From NCBI GenBank assembly GCA_958009085.1, contig OY253675.1:186001-250000 (forward strand): a stretch of DNA of 64,000 nucleotides, in the 5' to 3' direction. Numbering within the stretch: the stretch's first letter is position 1; every line of letters starts with the position of its first letter. The position numbers and the translations under genes were made by a program. The notes under the pieces were generated by a model. That model had not been told where the DNA came from. It saw nothing but the letters and a program-made list of their open reading frames with translations, and did no database searches. The DNA is from Protoeuglena noctilucae (taxonomy: Eukaryota). Positions 48,332 to 59,790 of this stretch are shown here, in pieces.

Positions 48332-50011
48332 ATGAGCACCGCTGCTTCGGCACGGCCGGCGTGTCGGTGCGCCCATGCTGCGGCTCTTCCCCGTCGCACG
48401 CGGCTGGGGTTCCCGGGGGCGCCCAAGCGCTGCGTCCGGCGGCGCATCACGAACACGCGGGAGGAGGTATGGCCGGACGGAGCCCCCGAGGACCAGGTCG
48501 AGGAGGGGACGACGGTGACGAGGTTCCCCAGTATGTCCAAGTTTAACGGCCCTTTGGAGCGCAAGGTCTCCAGGTGCGCGCGCGTCAACGTCAGATTCGA
48601 CTTTTCCATACCGTATTCATTCAGCCGCTGTTCCTGCCGCCACAACGGGGCACCGGGGACGGCGCGCGGAGCCCATCCCTGCGCAGGACCTTCGAGGACG
48701 CCATTTTCGACGAGCGTATCAGCCTTGAGGAGATGGAGTTCTGGTTTAACCCGAGCGAACCTGGTGAGAGGCAGGATGGGCCTTGGCAGCCATAGCGGCC
48801 GCGCCGATTGCGTCTGAGCTTGCGATAATAGGGATGCGGTCTGTTCCGACGCCACGCCGGCCCTAATGCGCCCGCAGATGAGCAGGAGTACCTCGAGTAC
48901 ATTCCGGAGGATCTGGAGGAGAACCCTTTCATGGTTGCGGACAACCCGGGGGAGAGCCGGACGTCGTTGGCGGAGCTGCAGGTGCGGTTTCCATGCGCCC
49001 CGCCTTTTGCGCTTCCTTCGGGCCGTTATCCTGGCCCGCAATGACGTATTTCCTAGCCTTTTGCGCCTACAGGTGGGCGCGGTGGTCCGCGGGCGCGTCA
49101 CGGAGGTGCACGTGTACCACGGGCTCAAAGTCGACATTGGGGCCGAGTACGACGCGGTGGTGCCCATCGAGAAGGACGCGTTCACGGAAATGGGCAAGGC
49201 CGGAGAAATCCCGGACATATTTGGGCGCCTCTTCCGCCGCGAGGTCGACGTGCGCTTGGCTCAGATTCACGACCCCCGTCGGTTCCGGTGAGGGATGCCG
49301 GTGTTTACGGGGCATACGGATGGGTCTAGCGATGTCTTTTGATGTTCTTCTGATATACTGCTATCCTGGGAGCTGCCTTTCGCTCGTCTTTTCCTTCTTT
49401 TGGCCGCCACGTGTCGTTGCAGTAACACCCATCGCCCCACCCTGCCCCGCAGCTGGCCGGTGGTGGCGTCGCTGCAGGGCGACTACAACATCCCCGGCCT
49501 CATCGACGCCACGACGTACGAGGTCCCTATCTTTTTGTTCCCGGGAGATGAGCTGACGGAGGTGGCCAAGGAGACGGGGCGGCCTTATGAGCCACTCAAG
49601 TTCTACGGGGACCTGCAGCGGGCCGAGCCGGACATCGAGGTGAGCGAGATGGAGAGAGTGGCGGGTTCCCATTTCCCATGCGGTGGGTGAGTAGCACGTG
49701 AGAAGCACGAGGTGTAGCATGCGAGGGTGGGTTACAATGGGACTGTACTGGTGCCTGACTTAGTGGCAGTACCACTGACCAAGTGTAATGACAAAGACTG
49801 GGTTGCCACTCCCAGCTCTGCCTGGCAGCTACGCTCCCATTCGTCACGCTTTGTGGGGGTCTCTCCATTCTGTCACGCTTGCGCGGTCATCTCGATCACG
49901 CAGGACCTGGAGGGCAACACGCCGCCGACGGAGGAGGAGGAGATGTTGGCGATTATGGACGATCTCACTTATGACATTGCCAGGTCCATGAGGAGCCCCA
50001 CGTACCGATGA
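48332..50011 (+). CDS. Plastid S1-domain protein resembling pTAC10/PAP3
   Basis: Transit-peptide-like N-terminus; S1 fold GRVTEVHVYHGLKVDIGAEYDAVVPI...VDVRLAQIHDPRRFR|WPV parallels pTAC10 HLYQGAFVDIGGVHDGWVPI...RDPYRFRFPI (recalled). Confidence 0.62.
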
Positions 50012-50315
50012 ACCTCTCGCCCATCTGCTGTGCATGTTTGCGTCGCGGACCTTTTCGTGTTGTCTCGTTAGGGAAGGCTTGCTTGTTACATGGCCGTCTC
50101 ATCGTTTCAGACCTGAAAGCCCGTTGCAGCGAGCGGCAGTGCGCTCGCCTTCAGCAGCACAGTCGCCGTTTCAAAAACGAATGTTTCTGCAGAGGCGCTG
50201 CTGGATCGCAACCCGTCTGCTACCCCACGCTTCGCCCTGCTGTCTGCTTAGGGCGTCGCTCGCAGCACTGCCTCTCGTCGCTCGCTGCACTGTGCTACGC
50301 TCGCGAAGCGTCTCC

Positions 50316-53300
50316 TCACGCGCCCACCACCTTGGCGGCCAGGTTCAGCTGCTGCTTGCTCATGAGGATGCGCTGGAAGGCGAAGAGGGCGTTGCGCTGC
50401 ACCTCGGGGTCGTGGTGCTCCAGCTTCCTGCGTGGAGAGACAGGCACGAAGAGGTTAAGCATGGTGAAACGAGCACAGACAGGTTAACGGACACAGGCAC
50501 GGGGTCGTGGTGCTCCAGCTTCCTGCGTGGAGAAACGGGCACAGATAGCTTACTTACTAACAAAGACGCAGGCACGGGGTCGTGATATGCTTAAGCTGTA
50601 ATGATCGACATTAGATATTGCTTTCCTTCATCCCACATTCTCGCTACCACCGCCCTCGTCCCCACCACCCACCCTTCCACCCCTCACCTCATCACCACCT
50701 CCTTGGCCCCCAGCTCGTGCGCCAGCTGCCTCCCCTTGGGGTGGTGCTGGATGAACTCGGCCAGGTCGTGGCACCCCACCGCCAGTGTAGTGGCGTCGCT
50801 CGACTGCTCCAGCAGCTTCATCAGGGCGCGGAAGACGAGGTAGTCCTGCGTATAAGGGAAACGGGTCATTGATTCTCCTATCTCCCTCGGCCCATCCTTG
50901 CTATGTTGTCCAGTTGGTCATCCCCACCCCCACCCCGCCCATCCTCGCCTCGTCATCAAAGTGGTTCACTTCTGCAGCCATCACTACGCCACTATTACCA
51001 CCCCCACTCCACTCCCCCACCCCATCCTCGCCTTGTCGTCGAAGTGGTTGACGTTCTGCAGCCAGAACTGCGGCTCGGTGTGGATGGGCGTCCAGGCCAG
51101 GCTCCCCGACAGCACCTCGCGCTTGTACTTGTCGAATGACGACAGCTCATGACCACGCTCCTCCATCTCAGTCCTGGATAGCAGGAGAGATGGGAGCGGT
51201 TGGCGTGAGTGGGGTGGGGGTGGAGGGGAGATGGTGAGTGGGGTGGTGGGCATGGGTGGGCTGGTGGGCATGGTTGGGGTGGAGAGCATGGGTGGGGTGG
51301 TGAGCGTGAATGGGAAGGTGAGCGTGAGTGGGGTGCAAAAGTAGCATAGTGGCACTTGTACTCACTTGAGGTAGTCGAGGGCGTTGGTGATCTCCTCGTC
51401 CCCACACTCCTGCTCCATCTTGGTCGCCACCACCTTCTTCAGGCCAGCCTCCACTGCAAGAACCATGAGAGGGAAAAGGTCAGAAAATCACTCAGCCTCT
51501 ACCAGCCCAGCATCCCTACATTCACTCGCCCATATCCATAGGTGTAAATCATCTTATAACACATAAACACGAATCCACTCGCTCACCCATGGCTTCCAGG
51601 AAGCGGTGGTCCCCGTGCCCCGCCATGCTCTTGAGGGCCAGCACGCACACGCGTGCCACCTTGACGCTCTGGGCATAGCGAAGGAGGTCCACCAGCTTGC
51701 CCACCACGCCCGCCGCCACCTGGGGGGAGACGAAGGCGAACAGGCTCAGTGATTGTTACTATATTAGTAACACAATCGATGGAAAGCGATGCTGGTCCAC
51801 TGGGGCGTGAAAGGTCTGATGAGAGAGGGCAGTTTAACTACCATCTCCAACCAACCAAGCATGCAATAGCACAAGTAGCAAAACTCCCAGCAGCATGAGC
51901 CCCTCACCATGGCCTCGGCTGCCTTCTTGTAGAAGCTGAGCTGCCAGTAGCACATCGACGCCTCGTACTGGAGCTGCACCGACGCCCGCGTCTGGTCGGC
52001 GCGGCGGGGGTTGGCCACGAGGGGCGCCAGCAGCTGCACGACGCCCTTGCGCACGCACAGGTCCCGCGCGTCCACCTCCTTCAGCACCAGCGCCAGGCAG
52101 TGGGCGGCCACGGCGTGAGAGCGCTGGGCGTCTGTGGGGCGCCTGGGGAGGGGGCGGGGGGTGTGGGGATGGGATGGGGGAGTGTGGGGAGGTGACGGGG
52201 GGTGCGGAGGGATGCGTGGGACATGCGGGGAGGCGGCAGGGTGCAGTGTACGGGTGCACCGCCCACGAGCCAACGCGAACACTAGGTCAGGAGGGGCAGC
52301 TATGACACGGGCGAGAGCCGGCGCATAAGTTTGCAAACAACTTGCCTCAATTGGTTGGCCACGAAGTCCACGAACGCAGACAGGACGGCGTCCGGCAACG
52401 CGCTCTTCACTTCCGAGGACGTGGACGCGCCCGAAATGAGGTCCGTGCTCGCGGGGCCCGAGAGAGGGACCGTGCGGTCCGGGCGCGTGTCGATCAGGAT
52501 CGCGAGGACTGCAGGGACGAGGGAGCGGCGGCGGGCGTGGATCGCGCGATGGGCGGAGGGGCCAGCCAGTGCATCTCCGCAAGCCGCTCGCCCCGCCGCG
52601 CACCGACGGCCGCCAGCTCCTGGGTGGTCCAGTCGGCCCGCTGCAGGAGCTTCAGGAGCTGCGTGTACGGGTTGAGCGACGACAGCGCGTGCACGTAGCT
52701 CGCGTGCGCGTGCGTCCCCGACGGCGCCATCTCCAGCATCTCCCGCAGCAGCGCCAGCGTGTACTGCACCGTCTCCTCCTTGGTCACATTGCGCAGCACG
52801 TTGAAAAAGGTCTCGACATACGCCTTGCCGTCCTGCGGGAACCAGGGACGGAGGTGGAGGAGGCGCAAACGGACCATGACCCCGCCCGTGCCAATCGGCG
52901 ATGGCCGCGCCCCCGGCACGTCATCCGGAAAACGGAAGTTCGTTCCTCAATTCCACGGAAATCCACGGGCGCCCAGAAAAAACGCCCTCCAAGCCATCGC
53001 GCACGCAAACGCACGCTGCGAGGGGTCTGCTCGGCCCTGCGCACCTTCGCCAGGACGTCCGCCTTGGTCACGGGGTTCTTCTTGTCGTATCTCCGGATGC
53101 GCTCCAGGTCCCGATCCGTGATGAGCCGCGCCTGCATGTAGGTCTCCCACGGGACATCGCGCTCGAGGACCTTGAGGTAGGAGCCTGCGGGAGGGTGGGG
53201 GCCGCGCGGGGCAGTCAGGGCGATGTCGGGGAGGGTTCTCTAGCGGATTACGTCCGCCGCTGGGCCGGCGCGGCGCGGGCGCGGCAGCGCGAGCGAGGTT

Positions 53301-53556
53301 GCCCTTAGGCGCGAGCCAGGCCAGGGCCGGCCGCGCCGGGCGCCAGGGGACAAAACTCGGCGCGCGAGTCGGCCAAGCGATTGTCGAGCATGAAAACGAC
53401 CTTGCGAAGGAAAGCATCGCCCGCAGCTCCGCCCCGGTGCGCCGCGATGGCCGGGATGGCCGAGGGGCGCGCGTTCGCCACGCAAATCTGCCCTCCCGGC
53501 TCCCGCTGCCCACCTGCGCCCTCCGTTGCCCCACCATCCGGGTATGTCGGCGCCAT
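50316..53556 (-). CDS. VHA-H: V-type proton ATPase subunit H
   Basis: VLERDVPWETYMQARLI, TKEETVQYTLAL, SVQLQYEASMCYWQLSF, SSFDKYKREVLSGSLAWTPIH..FWLQN, TLAVGCHDLAEFIQHHPKGR, DPEVQRNALFAFQRIL. The first exon is tentative. Confidence 0.94.
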
Positions 53557-53916
53557 GGCGGGACGGGACCGCCCCCCGAGAGCCTCCCTGCCCACTCCAG
53601 GCCTAACGCAGCGAGCTGGCCCCCAGGACGCGGCCGATGGGTCCACCGAGACGGCGGGGCGTGGCAGCTCGAGGCGGTCGTGTCGCACAAGCGGCGCGGA
53701 CGCGGGCCTCGTCCGCTTTCTCTGCCGGAGCGGGTGCCGGTCCAGGTCCCCAGGGTAATTGGCGCGGCGGGAAAAGCGGGCGCGACCGGCTGGCGACGAC
53801 AGACTGCTGCGCGGAAACTATAATCGTAAATCGGATCTCTGAACATCGATTCGGCGTCTGGTTTCCTCTGGACGAAGCGGCGGGCCCGTCGGCGCTGGGC
53901 GACTCTCGCGCGGGCG

Positions 53917-56900
53917 ATGTCGCCGCTGTTCGACGTGGCTCACCACGAGACGGTGGTGGTGCTTGACTATGGGAGCCAATACACGCAGCTCATCGGGCGC
54001 AGGATCCGCGAGATGGGCGTGCTGTCCGTCATGCTGCCGGGCGACTGCGACATGGCGAGGGCCGCCCGCCGCGACGGCTGCGCGCGCCGCGCTTGGCACC
54101 TGCGCTCCTTTCGTCACTCGCGTCTCCCACGGTCGCAGGACCGCATCCTGGAGCACAAGCCGCACGTGGTGGTGCTGTCGGGCGGCCCGAACTCCATTCA
54201 CGAGAAGGCGAGCGCCGCGGCGGCCTGCGCCCGTCCACGCCGCGCCTGCGTCGTCATCTTTCCCTCCCGCGCCCTTTGCCGCCCGCCGCCAGCCTCCGCG
54301 CGCCCCGCCGCGTCCCCCGCAGGGCTCCCCAAGGGTCCCCGAGGGATTCTTCGCGTGGGCCGCGGACAACCGCATTCCGGTGCTGGGAATCTGCTACGGG
54401 ATGCAGATGCTCGTGCACTTACTCGGGGGCAACGTCAAGGCCGCGGAGGGGCGCGGGGAGTACGGGAAGATGGACGTGGACTGCGTGAGCGATTCGACGC
54501 TCTACGGCCCCGACCTCGCGGGGTCCCAGACGGTGTGGATGTCCCACGGCGACGAGGCGGATCGACTCCCGGAGGGTTTCCGCACCGTCGCGGTGTCCCG
54601 GTGCGCTTTTTGATTGTGCCGAGCAGCGCTACACAGAGCCGCAACCCGTGGCGGTCTCTCCTGACCCGCCCCACCCCGCCTCGTCCCTGCCCCGCAGCCA
54701 GGGCGCGATCGTGGGTATCGAGGATCCCTCTCGCAAGTTCTTCGGCATCCAGTATCACCCTGAGGTGATGCACTCGCTCCGTGGCCGTGAGACCATCAAG
54801 CGCTTCCTGTTCGACATCTGCGGCCTCCGCGGCGACTGGTCGATGCGGAGCGTTCTCGATGAGCAGCTCGAGGCCATCCGCACGCAGGCGAGGGGGGCAG
54901 GGTTGGGTGGGGGTGGCTGGGTGGGGTGGGGCTGGGTGGGGTGGTGCATGGCGGCGGTGTGTGGTGGTGTGAACACCATGGCAAGGTGCTCTGTCCTTCA
55001 AAGCGCCTCCATGTCGTTGCGTTGATTACTACTTCCGTATTGTAGACCGCTGCAACCGATGCCCCTGCCCCCATCCGCTCCCATCCGCTCCCCTTCCTAG
55101 GTCGGTCCGAACGACCACGCCATCTGCGCGCTGTCCGGGGGTGTCGACAGCTGCGTGGCCGCCACGCTCGTGCACCAGGTCAGTCGCCGTCACTCGGGTG
55201 CTATCCACTTGCTCATTGCCATAATTTGTCAGTATGCCATCAACTGTTTTGCTACACCTGCACATAAGCACCCCTCATCGCATCTCTTACCCCACAACCT
55301 CCCCTCACAAGTGGTCAGCGACCGCCTTCACTGCGTGTCTATTAACAACAACAACGAAGTCTCTCATATCCCCATATCCCCCGCAGGTCCTTGGCGACCG
55401 CCTGCACTGCGTGTTTGCAGACAACAACGTATCAATATCACTAGTGCCCCCTCACCCCATTCCTCCAGGTGCTTGGCGACCGCCTGCACTGCGTGTTTGT
55501 GGACAACGGCCTGCTGCGCCTGGACGAGGCTGAGCGCGTGGGGCGGGTGTTCAAGGAGAAGCTGCACCTTCCCGTGACGATTGTGGATGCGTCGGAGAGG
55601 TTCCTGTCCAAGCTGGCGGGGGTGGTGGACCCGGAGAGGAAGAGGAAGGTGAGGAGTGGAGAGGTGGGGTGGGGTGATGTGAGAGGCGAGGAGGGCCCAG
55701 CTCATTGCCGCGTTGAACACCCCACTCACCCGCCCACCCACACACTCCCGCTCTCTCTCCCTCCCCCACACCCTCATATCATCAGAACCAACCTCACCAC
55801 CATGTTCACACCCCACAGATCATCAAAACCTCATCAACACCCCCTCACACACCTCCCCCCCAGATCATCAAATATCAACCCCACCTCTCTCTCTCTCAGA
55901 TCATCGGTGCCGAGTTCATCGCCGTCTTCAAAGACGCCGCGCACGACATCGAGGCACGCCTGGGCACCCACCCCCGCTTCCTCATCCAGGGCACGCTGTA
56001 TCCCGACGTGATCGAATCGTGCCCTCCCCCCGGCAAGGGCAAGCACTCGCACACCATCAAGAGCCACCACAACGTGGGGGGGCTGCCGGAGGAGCTGGGG
56101 TTCGAACTGATTGAGCCCTTGAAGGAATTGTTCAAGGACGAAGTGCGGGAGATGGGAAGGCTCATCGGGGGTGAGAGATGGGGGGGGTGGGGTGTGGGGT
56201 GGTAGTGGGTGTGTGGGAGATGGGGAGCGGCATCGGGGGTGAGTGGGTATGGGTGGGTGTGGGGTGGTGATGGGGTGGGTGTGGGTAGTGAGCGTGTGGG
56301 TGTGTGGGAGATGGGAGGGTCACCCTCCCAACCCCCCTCCCCCAGTCCCTGACGAGTTCATCCGCCGCCACCCCTTCCCCGGCCCCGGCCTGGCGGTGCG
56401 TGCTCTGGGCGACGTCACCGACGGCACGAAGCTGAACGTGCTGCGGCGCGCCGACGAGATCTTCGTCAACTGCATCCGGGAGTACGGACTGTACGACGAG
56501 ATATGGCAGGCGTTTGCGGTGTTCCTGCCCATTAAGACGGTGGGGGTGCAGGGGGACCAGCGGACGCACTCGTACGTGATTGGGCTGAGGTGAGACGGAT
56601 GGGAGATGGAGGAAGATGAAGGGAAAGGGGGTTTGAGTAGTGGGTTGAGGTGAGAGGGGGGAAGTGGAGGGAGATGGGGGTGAGTCGTGAGCTGAGGTAA
56701 GAGGGTGACCAGCGGACCCAGCCACTCGTGCGTCATTGGGCTCAGGTGAGAGACGAGAGGGGGAAGGAAGGGGGGTGGGGGGTGGGGGTGGGCTGAGGTC
56801 AGAGATGAATCAGCTCACGTTGTCTTGCACCCCACCTCACGTTCCCGTCCTCTCCACCGCATCTTTTCCCACCTCACCACCCCCAAACCGCCCCCAACCC

Positions 56901-57086
56901 AAACCTATCCTCATCACCCCCTGCAGGGCCGTGACATCGTCGGACGGCATGACTGCCGACTGGTACGAGTTTTCTGGCGCCTTCCTGCGTGACGTATCCA
57001 CGCGCATCTGCAACCAGATACGTGAGGTGAACCGCGTCTGCTACGACATCACCTCCAAGCCGCCAGGGACCATCGAGTGGGAGTGA
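53917..57086 (+). CDS. guaA: GMP synthase (glutamine-hydrolysing), 9 exons
   Basis: [99 protein letters not shown]. Confidence 0.97.
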
Positions 57087-57533
57087 AGGGGGATGAGGGG
57101 AGGGAGTGGGGTAACGGGGGATGAGGGGGCGTGAGACGAGGGCCTTTTCTGTGGGCTCTGTGCTTTGTGGATGTTAAGCGACGGCAAGCGAGCCGGTTGA
57201 AGTTTGAAGCGGAGTGGACGTGCTGCGGTATCTCCTACATACATGAGAACGTGCCACACCCATTACACCACTCGCTCTCCAACACCCTTGTCCCTTCCTT
57301 CAATCACTCCCTCTTCTACCCCATATCAATATGCCAGCCTCCCACCCCACGTCGCTATGCCATCCCCACTTCCATCGCCCCCCTGTGACACCCACCCTGA
57401 CCTCTTCTACCCCACAACACTACGGCGATGCCATCCCCTCTTCCTTAACCACCCTGTGACACCCCTCCTCTTCCCCCCTCGTCCTCGCCTCTTCTTACCC
57501 ACACACGACCATGCCAGCCTTCCAATCCCACAC

Positions 57534-59578
57534 CTATGCCATCCCCTCCTCCTTGGCCACCCTGTGACACCCATCATCATCCCCCCTGGCCCTCACTTTG
57601 GTGGGACACACGCTGAAGCAGGGGCTGGTGGAGATGGGGTCCTGGGACTGCAGACAGACAACAACAAACACCACTGTTAACAATCACGCGAGCACGGATA
57701 TATAGTAACTGCCTGCTACTCATCCAAGCTTATCGCCGTCGACAGTAAAAGTGCGAGTCAGTGTCAACAAATCTCGCAGTTGCTACTTCTAGCACACTCA
57801 CCCGCGTCCGTTCCCACTAGCCGCCCCTGCTCTCACAAAACACAATACACAACACTCCAGTCACACACTGGGGTTCTGAATGCACTCGGTCACCCTCACC
57901 AGTGCGGGCGGTGTTTTGCCAAATGCGAACTGGCACGAGTAGTCATCGTAGTTGGGCGTCATGGTGAGGGGCAGTCCCATGTGACGGGAGAAGAAGAGCT
58001 GCGTGGGGACCTTGCAGCTGTTGATGCACACGGATGCGCAGCCGCCCTGCTCCAGGTATCTGTGGGTGGTAATAGAGAGAGGGAGGGGTGGCAGTGAAAG
58101 GGGTTCAACTGGTGGCTGCGGTATCTCGTGGCCGCGGCAGTGAGGAAAGAGTGGCAATTATGGTTGCAACCCCATGTCAATCACACCCCATCCCTCTCAT
58201 CACTCTCACCTGCACCTCTGCACCAGCAGCCCGTGTCCCTTGCCCACCTCCCCCGAGTCCACCACCACATCGTTCACTGCCAGGGGACCCATCAGCCACT
58301 CGCAGGTGAGCTGGGTCGCAAGTGCGTTCAAACGGGCGGAGAGGCCGGGCATGGGGCGGGAGAAGAGGGCTGCGGGGAGAGGGGAGTGGGGAGGGATATG
58401 GGTGGTGGGGCGCACTTAGTAACAACTGCTGATAGCTGCCGGTGGCTAACAGTGCGCCGGTCAATCCCGAACATGATGTTGCTTGGTCCCGCACATGCTA
58501 TCAGACGAACACCAATCATGCGATCACAGCCATGCCCTTCCAGACATATGCCATCTCAATTACACGATTTCAATCACCCATTCCCACCCCCGCCCTCGCC
58601 TGCGAATGCCACGGGCAGCCACGAGGGGAAGAGGCTCAGAAGGATTCCTACGGTGGCCTCGTGGGTCTCACGGGGGTCGCCGTACTTGGCATTCAAACGC
58701 CTGCGAGTGGGGGTAATGAAATCGGAAATCATGGATTGTATATATGTGATATGGTCATGTGTTGTGTCTTTGCACCCACCCCCTTGTACCACAGTCACTC
58801 ATCACCGACTCACTTGGTCAGCTCAATCACCGCCTCATATCCCTGCTTGGCCGTCCGCTCCCCCAGCGCCGCCTCCAGTTTCCGAATGAACAGTCCCATG
58901 ATGGCCGCATTCCAAGGCTTAGCATCGATGGTAGAGTAGTCGGGGGCGGGGGTGGGGGCGAGGGCGGACGGGGCGGCGGGGCCGGCGTCATAAAAACCAT
59001 CACTAGTGAGTCTGGGGGGGTAGATGGGGTGGGATGGGCTGGTGAGAAGATGAGTAGTAGATACGGTATTGCTAACTACACACAGAAACCCTATCGGGTG
59101 AGCCGGTGCGGGAATTAATGGGATGGGGTGGTGAGCAGATGAGTAACAACACAAATGGTGCACTACATGAGCAGATGTGAGAAATCTGCATAGATGGGGC
59201 GGTGACGGGCAGGTGACACGATAGCCGGCCAAGCGCGCCTGTCATAAATTGGGCACATTGCGTGCAACCGCCAGCTGCATGAGTGACGCGTGGGCTGCGG
59301 TGCTGACGCGTGGGCCATCAGTCATGTGCACCGCTATCAGCTAGCAGCCATGTCGGAAATCGCGGTGGCTAGATGCTGGATTGCGCATCTTGAAAGGGCC
59401 GAGGACGCTCTATGACCCTCTATAAAACCCTTTACATGCTGTGTGCACCGGCACTGTCATGCCATGCAAGGGTTGCCGGTGGCTTACGAAACCATCCGTA
59501 CATCGATATCCCCGCCCTGCAGCGGACACGCAGCCTCGCGTGTGCGGCCTGCCGGCCCTGCCCCTGCTGCACCGTCAT
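57534..59578 (-). CDS. Beta-carotene isomerase D27-like protein, plastid
   Basis: GYEAVIEL, LSLFPSWLP, TCEWLMGP, QRCRYLE.GGCASVCINSCKVPTQ.FF...MGLPLTMTPNYDDYSCQFAFGKTPP, DPISTSPCFSVCP. First exon (59578-59502) and final stop are tentative. Confidence 0.88.
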
Positions 59579-59790
59579 CGCCACCCCTGCCACACCGCGA
59601 CTACCTCCCAGTTCAGATTTAAACCCCAACTCCACCCTCACTCCAGCCCCTGCCACACCACCGCCACCCTCACTCCAGCCCCTGCCACACCGTCACCACC
59701 ACCCCTCCCGCCACCCAGTTCAGATTCCAACCGTTAACCCACCCTCACTCCAGCCCCTGCCACACTCTCACTCCAGCCCCACCGCCACCC

